Below are positions 12,801-24,800 of a DNA stretch of 64,000 nucleotides, piece after piece. The position numbers were made by a program, and so were the translations under genes. The notes below the pieces were generated by a model that ran no database searches, was not told where the DNA came from, and saw only the letters and a program-made list of their open reading frames with translations. The stretch comes from Callorhinchus milii (taxonomy: Eukaryota): NCBI RefSeq assembly GCF_018977255.1, contig NW_024704743.1, positions 54,004,001 to 54,068,000 on the forward strand, given 5' to 3'. Position 1 is the stretch's first letter, and every line of letters starts with the position of its first letter.

Positions 12801-15800
12801 AGTATTGCAGAAAATGCTCAGATAAAACCGGAATTCAAAATAAGATTGTAAGTAGTTATTAACAAGAGTAGGCTTGCAAATTAATACTAAATTTATGAAC
12901 TTTCCACAATTCTGCGCAATCTTACATTTTACGACAATGGTCTTGCAGGCTAAGATTAGGTGGAATTTCAGGTTCATTATACACAATACCTTTAGAGGAA
13001 GCACTACTTAAAACTCAGGATGCTAACAGGAAAATATTACACATATGATAATAACTGAGACTGACTTCTTGATCAAGGCAATTTCATTCACAGGGAATAT
13101 TTACCTTTAAGTCTTGGATCCCATAGCCTTTCTTCAGTGTGATCTGAAATACTTCAAAAGAGCTGATATAAGCAGCCAATCTGGATAGGCTCTGCTTCCC
13201 ACTGCCACCAACTCCAACCAGAAGGGCATATCCCCGGCTGCTCTCCAAAATCCGACTTATTCGACACCTTGTATATAAAGACCCAGAACATTTAAATATC
13301 GCATTAATAAATTGTTTTTCTATACTTTCAAGTCACACTGTTTACTTGTTCAATGCATAGTTTTCATGCAAAGGAACAGGATGTCTCATGTTCCTTTGCA
13401 TTAAAACTATGCATTGAAGCATCATCCACAATCAGTGGCATGTTTGTATGTTATAATAACAATAATCTTTATATTCGGTATAGTGCCATTCACGTCAGGA
13501 GCACATTACAAAGCGCTTCACAGGATATACTGCAAAGTGGAGTGACTGCATGTTGTGTGGGCAAAAACAGCCATGAAGTGAATTACTAATTTTATTTGGG
13601 GGATTGTTGGCCAGGACACCAAGATAAACTCCCTTCTCTTTCTTGAATAGTGCCATAGGATGTTTAACGTCCACCTGAACAAGCAGACAGGGCCTTGCTT
13701 TAATGTCTCATCCAACAATGCAGCACATCCCTAGCATTGAATTGTCAGCTAAGACCGTATGAATTCCAAGTCCTGACGTGGGCTTGAACCTACAACTTTC
13801 TGAATCAGAGGCAAGAGTGCTGATACAGCTAGGCTGATAAGATAGATGCCACAGTTAACAGCCCTGAATACAGACTCAACATTAAAATGCAAGAACCTTC
13901 TTTAACCAGTAATGATAGCAACAACAACAACAAAATTACATTTATAGAGCGCCTTTCATGTCGGGAGGACTTCCCAAAGCGCTGAACAGTCAGATGTCGG
14001 GGCCTGAGCATGGGGGAGGGGTGGTGTAGGGGTGAGGGAAGGCAGAGAGGTGGGAGGGAGACCAAAGGCACGGTCGAAGAGAAGGGTCTTGAGACCGGCC
14101 TTGAAGGAGGCAAGGGAGGAAGCGAGGCTAAAGGACTGTGGGATGGAGTTCCAGAGTGTGGGGGTAGAGAGGCTGAAAGCCTGGACATCGATGTTAAGGC
14201 GGGTCGGGCGGGAGACATGGAGCAGGGCCGGAGCCTGATGAACGCAGGGAGCGGGCAGGTTGGTAGTTAGTCAGCAGGTCAGAGAGGTAGGAGGGGGCAA
14301 CGCCATGGATGGCTTTAAAGGTGAGGACGAGGATGTTGAACTTGATCCTCTGTGGGGATGGGGAGCCAGTGGAGTCGGGCGAGGGTGGGAGTGATGGGGT
14401 CACGGAGTCTGGTGCGTGAGAGTACACGAGTTGCAGTTTTGGATGATCTGCAGCTTGTGAAGGGAAGAGTTGGGAAGGCCGATGAGGAGGGAGTTCCCGT
14501 AGTCGAGCCTTGAGGTGACGAATGTGTGGGTGAGGGTTTCCGCAGCCTGAGGGGTGAAGCAGTGGCGGAGTCTGGCAATGTTGCGAAGGTGGTGGTAGGC
14601 GGTGCTGGTCATGCCGCGGATGTGGGGGAGAAAGGACAGTTCAGGGTCAAACAAGACACCCAGGTTCCTGACTGGCTTAGTGAGGTTGAGTGTGCAGCCA
14701 TGGAGGCTGATGCTGCCAGCGCCTGAGGTGCGGAGGCACTGGCGTGAGTCAATCAGGAGGGCCTCGGTCTTGCTGATAGCACAGAAACAATATTAATAAA
14801 AAGCCCCTTAATAAAATAATCCTTCCATTTATTAGTAATATTTTTATAATAAAGGAGGATTCTTATCATTTTGTAACTACATTGTTCAGTGGACTTAAAG
14901 TAGATGCAGTGCCTGATGTGATGACATTTGAACTTAACAAGGACCTACCTTTGAAAGGTTACTAACTGCTGTCTCCTACATTTATTTTCTATTAATCCTA
15001 CTTGATATAGAATAAAATAAACAATAATCAGATCTAATTTGTCTTTTTTCCTAAAGGGATTCAATATGGAATCCTGTTAGAATTCCTGTTAACCAGCAGG
15101 AACTGCGCTCCACGCATAGATTGGGTTGAAAGAGTTCCCATGGGTCATGCATGTATGAAGGCGACACAAGCACATAAACACGTGACAACAATGGCATGTG
15201 AAGGAGGAGGAACATGAGCAGCGTGGACATATGAGCACACAGGTGTCAGCGCCAATGATTCTGCATGTAGGAACACACATAAACTGAACTAATAATAATC
15301 TTTGCATTTGATATAGCACCTTATCACGTCTTTGAGACAGCTCAAAGTGTTTCACAGAATATACTGTAAAGTGAATTGATTGTATATTTTGTGGGCGAAA
15401 CACAGCAGCCAATTGCACACAGCAGTGTCCCACAAACAGTCGTGGATTGAGTGACCAATTTTATTATTATTATTATTATTTTGAAGGAATTATTACCCCC
15501 GGAAAAAGCAATCCTCCAATCGATGAACAGCCGGGTTCCTATTTACTGCTAGGTAAACAGGCGTGTGGTGTAAGGAAACTTGGCCAACCTTTCTCCTGGC
15601 TGGGAATCAAACCCAGATCTCTCACTTTTACGAGGTGAATACTCTAACCACTGAGCTGCAGGACTCCATACAGGAACTCACTATTTCAACCTGGAATCTC
15701 CCTTAGAGGTGCTGTTGAGTGGACAAACATTTTTGCTCTGGGAAACGGATCACACCATTAGATTCACCCACTGCAACCAAACACTTCACAATAACACAGA

Positions 15801-18800
15801 AATAAAGAGAAAAGCAGGAAATCTACACCCCATCAAACACCATCTAAAAAAAAACATTTTTTCACAAGCTATTTAATTATTATACTACAAGTCAGCCTAA
15901 CTCAGTTGATAGCACTCTTGTCTCTGAGATAAAGGTTGTAGGTACAAGCCCGGTGTCAGATTTTTGAGATCAAAGTCTAGGCTGACATTCCAATGCAGTG
16001 CTGATTGTTGGAGGTGCCATTCTTCAGATGAAGTATTCAGCCAAGATATTTTAGGCTAACATGCAGGCAATATGTGCACACAAATAGCCATGAAATGAAT
16101 GGCCAATTTTATCTGGGGATTGTGGCCAAGACACTAGGAGGGTAAAAACTCCCTTTCTTTTTGAAAAGTGCTTTGAATAGTGTTTTTTACCATACACCCG
16201 AACAGGCAGACAGAGCTTTGATTTTAACATTTTAGAGGGCAGTATCTCAGATAACAGCAATAACAACTTGAATTTATATAGTGCTCTTCACGCAGGATAG
16301 CATCTCAGAGCAATGGCTTAACAGTGGTGATGCTTGACACTGATCTGGAGAGAAAGGGGAGATGACTCTAGGCATGGTCGAAGAGGAAAGTCTTCAGGTG
16401 CGATTTGATAACAAACAAACAGGAGGCACGTCAGAGAGATTGAGGCACATAGTTCCAGAGTTTCAGGGCACAGTGAATGTGCAGAAGGCTAGAGCCAGCC
16501 GAGTGAAGTGGTCAGGCAGGTAGATGAGTGGCGTGTGAGTAAGGTTGAGAGGTAGAGAGGTGCTACACCATGAAGTTATTTGCAAATAAATGTGAGGATC
16601 TTGAAATCGATCTGTTTTGCAACAGAGAGCCAGTAGAGCCTTGCAAGGGACTGGAGCAATGGGGTTGTGGACATCGAGACCTGCCCCTAGCACTGTTTGG
16701 AGCGTCAGCCTACATTGTGCCTTCAAAGTTCGATTTGGGCCTTGAACCCCAACTCTTCTGACTCAGAGGTGAGAGTGCTACCAACTGAGCCAGGCTAACA
16801 CCCAAGGCTTTTTTGTACTTACACATGTTGCATGGCATCTTCAAATAATACCAGGTTCATCACAGCATTGGAGTCATTGTAGCTGTCAAGTGCCTCAGTC
16901 AGGACTCTCTTTAGTTTCTCCCATTCTGTGACAGGCATGTAACGGAAATCTCCAAACCCAAGGGCAAAATGACAATAAATCAGTGGCTTCTGAAGTAAAG
17001 TGTTATCGTTCACACCCTGAGAAGAAAATAAAATAAATAAGTTCTAAAGAGCAGTTTGGATTAAAGCACATCTGATCCATTTGGGTCTCCCCGCACCCCC
17101 ATTTGATTTCTATCGCACTGAATTTCATATTCATTTTGCTTCTTAGAAACCATCTTTGGCTTGATGCAGAGCTTTTTGAAGCACTTTCTCTTGAAGATTG
17201 CGTAACACCACAAATCCTGGCTGTTCAGCCCCATCACATCACATACATCACAAAGCAATATTAAGGTCAAATTTGCGATCCATTTAATATTCAGCACACC
17301 AATTGTATGTTTTTGTGGGTAAATGCTGCAGCCAATTTTGAACACAATGTCCCCAAAACAGCCATGAACGAATGACCAACCTTATTTGGGGGATTGTTGG
17401 CCAGAACACTGGGAGAACTTGTTACTTTTGACTCGTGAATGGTTACACTTCACTGCAGGTCAGTGGGATATCTGCAGCTTGAGATTTTTGTTTATTTTAT
17501 TGACCTCTACCTGGAAGAACTTGTGTGTGTGTGTGTGTCTGTTTGTCTGTCTGTGAGTGCATCTGTGCGTTCACATGCACATCAACTATGAATAGATTTA
17601 ATCCATAAAGGTCTTTCACGGTCAGATATCCTGCTGGTGTCATGAACACAGACAAAATACTGTGGGGATGTCAGCACTCGGGGGAAATCCTAAGTACAAA
17701 TCAATGCCGCAGGCGATGAGGAAACCGAGAAGCAAAAACAAGTTTCTACATCCAAGCATTCTGAAACATTTTTCAAAAAGAAATATCCACAAAGCAATCA
17801 ACAAGTTCTGATCCATATGGGAGAGAGAAAAATATCCAAATGAACATTTTTTTTTGAAGATTGATTTATAATCATGGATTATTAACACAAATGACAAGAA
17901 TAATTTCATTGGATGTAAGTAAATTTTACCAGTTTTATTTGGGTATTTGCTACCAAACCCACACTTGAACTGTCAGAAAATGTACTTATAATCTTCTTAA
18001 GGCTTTTCTCCTTGCTGCATAAATAATTTTATAACATTTGTGTTTTTCCTAATATCAACAAAAGTCAACATGCTTACATCAAAGAATTTTCTGGCTGTGT
18101 CTAGCAGCACTTTCTTAAAGAGTTCAGAGTCTTTTGGTTCTACTAACTTGTCCTCATAGACACGTGATGATTCATGGATCCACAGCTGTGCAAGGTCCGT
18201 TGCTTGTTTTAAACAATCAGGAAGTGCAAACAATATTCCCTAAAGATAGGAAACAGGATTGATCCTTAGAATGCACCAATGATAAACTTTAAATAGCCTT
18301 ACACTAAAAGCTAACTGCATCTGGTGGGGAGTTAAGGTGGCACAATAAATGTGATAGGTCCTAAGGTTAATTATGAAGGTGGGCATGAGTGTCAATTGAT
18401 ACAAGTCAATTTAAAACAGTTAGTAAACAAGCAAATGAGGAGGTTAGGAGAAAAGTTTTCACACACACAGAGTAGTTAGGATATGGATTACCCTACCAGG
18501 AGCAGTGATTGAGGCAGAATCATACTGACCTTCAAGAGGAAACTAGATAAATACCTAAAAATAGAGTCAGCTGCAGGAGTATGGGAAAAGGGCAAGTAAA
18601 TCCTTCCACATCTCCCTCTATTCCTCCGATTTGCCCCCTCCCTCCCTTCAAAACCCACCTAAAGACCTTCCTTTTGGATCATGCTTACGGTCACCTCCCT
18701 CCTCCCTCTCCCCTTGGCTCGGTGTCAGACTCCGTCACTGTCAAGCACTCCAGGACTCTACTCTGCGTGAAGGGTGCTATAAAAATGCAAGTTGTTTTTG

Positions 18801-21800
18801 TAGTAAATGAAAGGATTGGTCTGGAGGGAGTCAACCCAGCCATGAATGGGGCGAATGACCCTCTTAACTGTGCTGTGAATTTCTGTAGTTCTATTTTTCT
18901 CATATATAATTTTGAGAGTTAATAATGAATCGGTGCATTTGATGAAGCACTCATTACATTGAAGCGTCTCAACCGCTTCACAAGTTATTGCTATCAAATG
19001 TAATGTCTATAGTCGTAGGGAAATGTGGCAGCCAATTTGCATACAACAAAGTCCCACAAACAGCCATGATGTGAATGATTAGTACATCTGGAGGATTGTT
19101 AGCTAAGACAGCGGGAGAATCTCCCTTCTTTTTTCAGACAGTGTTGGGTGATTGGAGTTCCTTGTTACAAAGATACAATGCCCAGTATTTTTACTGTTAG
19201 CTAAAGCTCAAATCACTCCCTGCAGTCAACAGGTGATTAACATAACATAACATATAGGAGCAGGAGTAGGCCATTCGACCCTTCGAGCCTGCCCTACTAT
19301 TCAATCATGGCTGATCTTCTAATCTAACTCCAGCTAATAACCTGACCCTGCCTTATCCCCATATCCCTTAATCCCTTTTGCAATAAGAAATCTATCTATC
19401 TCAGTCTTGAATCTGTTCAAGGACTGAGTGTCATCAGCCCTTTGGGGTAGTGAGTTCCATACATTCACCACCCTTTGAATGAAGAAGTTCTTCCTCAATC
19501 CACTGAGAAAGGGCTGACCTCTGATTTTGAGGTTGTGATCCCTGGTTTTAGTTTCTCCATCCAGGGGAAACAATCTCCCACTATCTACTCTATCATGCCC
19601 TTTGATGATCTTATAGGTTTCTATAAGATCCCCTCTAATTCTTTTATATTCTAGAGAATAAAGGCCCAAAACTTCCCTGCTCTTTGTTCCTACCCGTTAA
19701 CCATTCCCCAATCCACGTTAATATGCTCCCCCCAATTCCATGGGCCCCTATCTTTTGGACTAACCTTTTATGCGGCACCTTATCAAATGCCTTCTGGAAG
19801 TCCAAATAGACCACATCCACCGATTCACCCTTATCTAGTTTACTCAAAATATCCTCAAAAAACTCTACGAGATTTGTCAAACATGACTTCACTTTTGTAA
19901 AGCCATGTTGACTTGGTCTAATTATATTGTGCTCCCCTAAATACCGCTCTACCACATCCTTAATCAATTATTCTAAAATTTTTCCTATCACTGATGTGAG
20001 ACTAACTGGCTTATAGTTCCCCATCTTTTCCTTTCCATCTTTTTTAAATAGTGGTGTGACATTTGCAATCTTCCAATCCATGGGGACTGATCCAGAATCC
20101 AAGGAATTTTGGAAGATCAGACACAAGGCCTTCACTATCTCATCGACTACCTCTTTTAAAACCCTGGGATGCAAGCCATCCAGACCAGGGGATTTGTCAC
20201 TTTTTAGTGCTAACAGTTTCCCTAGCACCAATTCTCTAGTAATGAAAATATCCCTAAGTTGCTCCTTGTCCTTATCCCCTCAGTGCATCCCTATTGTTGA
20301 CAGACTTGTTGTGATTTCTAGGGTGAAGACAGATGCAAAGTATCCATTTAGGGACTCTGCCATGTCCTTATCCCCCATTACAGCTTCTCCCGTCTCTGAC
20401 TGAAGTGGACCTACATTTACCCTCATTAGCCTATTCTACTTAATATATTTGTAAAAACTTTTACAATCAGACTTGATGTTCCTAGCTAGCTTACCCTCAT
20501 ACTCTTTTTCTCGCTCTTAATGAGTTTTTTAGTTTTATTTTGCTGGTTTCTAAAACTCTCCCAATCTTCAGATTTGCTGCTTTTCTTGGCAGTTTTATAA
20601 GCTTTCTCTTTTAATTTGATGCTTTCCCTAACTGCTCTAGTTAGCCACGGATGAATTGCTTTCCCTGTGATACTCTTATTCCGCAAGGGAATATGCGACC
20701 GCTGAGAATTATGCACTACATCCTTAAATATTTGCCACTGTTGGTCTACATTTTTACCTCTTAATCTGATTCTCCAGTCTATTTTACCTAAATCTTTCCT
20801 CATACCTACAAAATTAGCCCTATTTAAATTCAGAATACTTGCCTTGGATTTAACTATATCCCTCTCTACCTTAATGCAGAATTCAATCATATTGTGATCA
20901 CTCTGCCCTAGAGGAGTCTTAATACCTACACTGCCGACTAGCCCTGTTTTGCTACACAAAACAAGGTCTAGGATGGCCTGTCCCCTAGTTGGTTCCTCGG
21001 CGTGCTACTCTAGAAACTTATCTCTCATACACTCAATGAACTCTTCTTCTAACCTACTTTTGCCAATTTGGTTTTCCCAATCTATGTGGAGATTGAAATC
21101 ACCCACTATTATTGCTTTATCTTTCCTACATGCTCCACTGATTTCTTGATTAATACCTTGTGCTATACTGTGATCACTGTTTGGGGGTCTTTCAACCACT
21201 CCCATTAATATTTTCTGCCCCTTATTATTTTTTATTTCCACCCATATTGTCTCTACCTCCTGGTCATCGGATTTCAGATCCTTCCTCTCCGCTGCTTTTA
21301 TGTCATTCCTAATTAACAGAGCTACCCCCCACCTCATTTCCCACAGTGCCTATCTTTCCTGTAAACTGAGAACCCTGGAATATTTAACTCCCACCCTAGA
21401 TCTCCTTGTAACCATGTTTCAGTGATGGCTACTAGATCGTACCCATATGTGTCTATCTGTGCTTTTAATTCATCAGTTTTATTCTGAATGCTTCATGCAT
21501 TCAGATATAACATTTTTAATTTCCTACCTTTTCCTCTACTCTCTGATTCATTATCTGCTTTGCCAAGCTTCTTACTCCTAGTTAACATATTCCTTTTATC
21601 TGGCATGCTATTCTGCACTGTCATCTTTACTTTTTCTGATGCTAACTTATGGTTTATTTTACCTATATATTCCCCCCCCCCTTTACTAGTTTAAATTCCT
21701 ATTTACCTCCCTATTAATTAGTTTAGCTAGGACATTTGTCCCAGCCCGATTTAAATGCAGCCCATTTCTCTGAAAGAGCTCTCTTTTCCCCCAATACTCG

Positions 21801-24800
21801 TGCCAATGGCCCATAAAAAGAAACCCCTGAGTTACGCACCACTCTTTTAGCCATGCATTCAAGTCCTTACTTGTTTGTTCGTGTACCAATTGTCGTATGG
21901 TACAGGCAGTAGTCCCGATATCACCACCTTCGATGATCTTGACTTCAAATTGGACCCCAGCTCTTCGAATTCCCTTCTCAAATCATCTTGGCCAACTCTA
22001 CCTATATCATTGGTACCTATGCAAAGTACCACCAACGGATCCTTGCCCTCGTATTTTAAATTATTCTCTAGTCCTGCCGAGACATCCTTCACCCTGGCCC
22101 GAGGGAGGCAACAAAGCCTTCAGGTATTCTGGTTGGGGTTGCAGATGATTGTGTCTGTCTGTCTAATAGTCTCATCCCCAATGACAACAACCATCCGCTC
22201 GTTTGCCCCAGTGTTAGAGGTAGTTTTTCTTTCCACCTCACCGGCTTCCTTGTCAATATAAATTCCAAAGATCTCATATCTATTGCTCAAGGTTAATGCC
22301 GGATTTACTACCACTCTTTCCGTTGTCCCCCTGACCTCCTGACTGTCCATTGACCTATCCTGACTATAACCAATGATGTTGACTGTATATTCCCTCAGGG
22401 GAGTGACTGGCTCCAGGATGTAGCTATCCAGGAAGCACACACTGTCTCTGATACTCCGTAGTGTCTGCACCTCGGATTCCAGCTCAGAGTTGGAACTGAG
22501 TTCCAACTGTTCCAACTGAGCTGGAGCTGCCTCAGTTGCAGACATCTTCTGCAAATGTAGTCGCCCGGGTTCAGACTGCCCTTCATCAGCTCCCACATGT
22601 CACACTCCTCACATAACACCTGCCATGCCATTGTCACCTCTTCCAACTTGAGTTAGTTAGTTAAGTTAATTTAATTAAGTTTTCATTTAATCAAGTTGAT
22701 CCAATTAAGTTGATCAAGTTAAGTTAAGTCAGATAAATAATCTTTACAGGTAAATTACACTCACCTGAAAAATATTGGAGAAGTCGCGAAGGTTAAAAAT
22801 ATAGTGAAATTTAATGGCCGTTGGCAAGAAATTGTGCGACATCTTTTGATGTAGCCAAATGGCTGCCTGGACCAGGGCTGGGCCACTCTTCACCACAGAG
22901 GAGCCAAAATTCACATTCCGCTGAAAATGAAAACTTAGAATCTTGCTGTAGATTGTCTCCAAGGTGTCCGCTGATGGAAAGTTCACTGCAAACACTGTAA
23001 AATGTCTCTGAAAAATGAGAACATTGATTAACATGAGGCAAAGAGTTTTTAAAACGTTATTTTAACATTGTCTTCAACTGCTGTTTATCAACACCAGAGT
23101 TATAATGGGGAAACTATCCATGTTTTGCAGTGTACATGGTTGGCGTATTACTATTAACCTGACTAGGATTCAGGTTTGCAGCACACTGTTCACATCAATA
23201 TGATCTGTGAAATAATTAGCTTCCAAACGTCCCACCTTCTGCTCGGAGGTTTGGCTAAAGATATTTTTGACTTGCTCAAAGCGCCATGTCAGCACTGTGC
23301 CAAGATAAGTAAACTTCTCCACCTCCCCACCACCAATGGTGGGGAGCGATCACTGTGCCTGGGGCAAGAGGCAAGTGAGAGAAACACAAAACATGTCAGC
23401 ACATAGGAGGACTGTCAGTTCTAACTCTGTTCATTTAAAAAAAACTCTTATTTTATTAATTCCACTTTCCAGCTCTTTCCCATTCTCTTTAGTGTTTTAA
23501 AGGATTAGACTCTCTCCTGATTTTCCTCTCCCTTACTTGATGTCCAATCCCATCCCTGTGAAGCACTCCGAGATGTTACTCTATGTGAAGGGCGCTATAT
23601 AAATGCAAGTTGTTGCTGTTGATGATCGAAAATAAAGTGTAAGGCTTATCACGTTAACGGGTTTTAATGGTTCAGTCAAAAACAAATTTGGTCAACCAGA
23701 TGTCTGACACATGCAGAAACCCACTACTATGCTTAAGACTATCCAAGCCAAACTGAGATTTCCGTGCATCCCACTTACAAATGGATATCCCAGAGATAGA
23801 TTGTTGGAATGGAATGTGCACTCTCTCCCTGGAAGGACACATTCTGCTTCCCTAATTCCAGAAAGTATTACAACAACAAAATTACATTTGTAAAGCGCCT
23901 TTCACATTGGGAGGATGTCCCAAGGCGCTGGACAGACAGAGTTACAGACGCGATCTGGGGATCGGGGTCGGGAAGGGTGGAGAGCAGGGGTGGAGACAGG
24001 GAGATAGGCGCAGGTTCGCAAGAGCCAAGGCTTGGGCACCCCAGAGTGTGCACTGGGGTACTGCTGGTGTCTAACCAGCCAAAACCGCATAGCTTGCTAT
24101 TGAGAGCAGTGTCTGACAAGCTTTCCTGCTGTTTGTGCAGCAAGGACCACCCTACCCATTAGGGCTTTGGCTTGTAGGGTTAACAGTAGATGTGTGGGAT
24201 AATTCCCTGCCCCAGTGACTGGTTTGCTTTTCCAGGTCTTGCCGAAGAGCAGGGCTGGATGTGCTGTTAGCAGCAGTGTCCTGGAACACTGCTGACCCGC
24301 CTGGCTCAGGAACTAGACTACGGAGAATGCCATAGATGGTGGTCTTAATTCCAACAATTCATTACCAAACAAGTCACTTTTGAGCCAGTTCAGGTCCAAG
24401 GAGATGCTCTTTACCTCTCCCCCAGCAGGATTGTCACTAATTGGTCATTTGACTTCCGATATGTGCAGGTTTGAGCCCACGAGGTGGATGGCAGATACCG
24501 GGAACTCTCTGGGAGCTGCTTGGTGGGCAACACAGCTCAGCATGAAACACATCACCATATTGCCACTATCCTTCTATCTGCAGCTCGGACACACAGCCCT
24601 TCCCATTTATCAATGATTCCGCCAGTTGGGAGTGTGGAGTTTAAGCAGCAGCTTCTTACCCATTGCAAGCCAATCAAGGTACTGGATGTTCAGGAACACA
24701 AAGCCTGTTCCTTTCTGATCAAACCATGAGCCTCCATTGCATGTAATAGACATGCAGTGACTCCTCAAAGCACTACTTTAAGAGTCACTGAAATCAGTAA

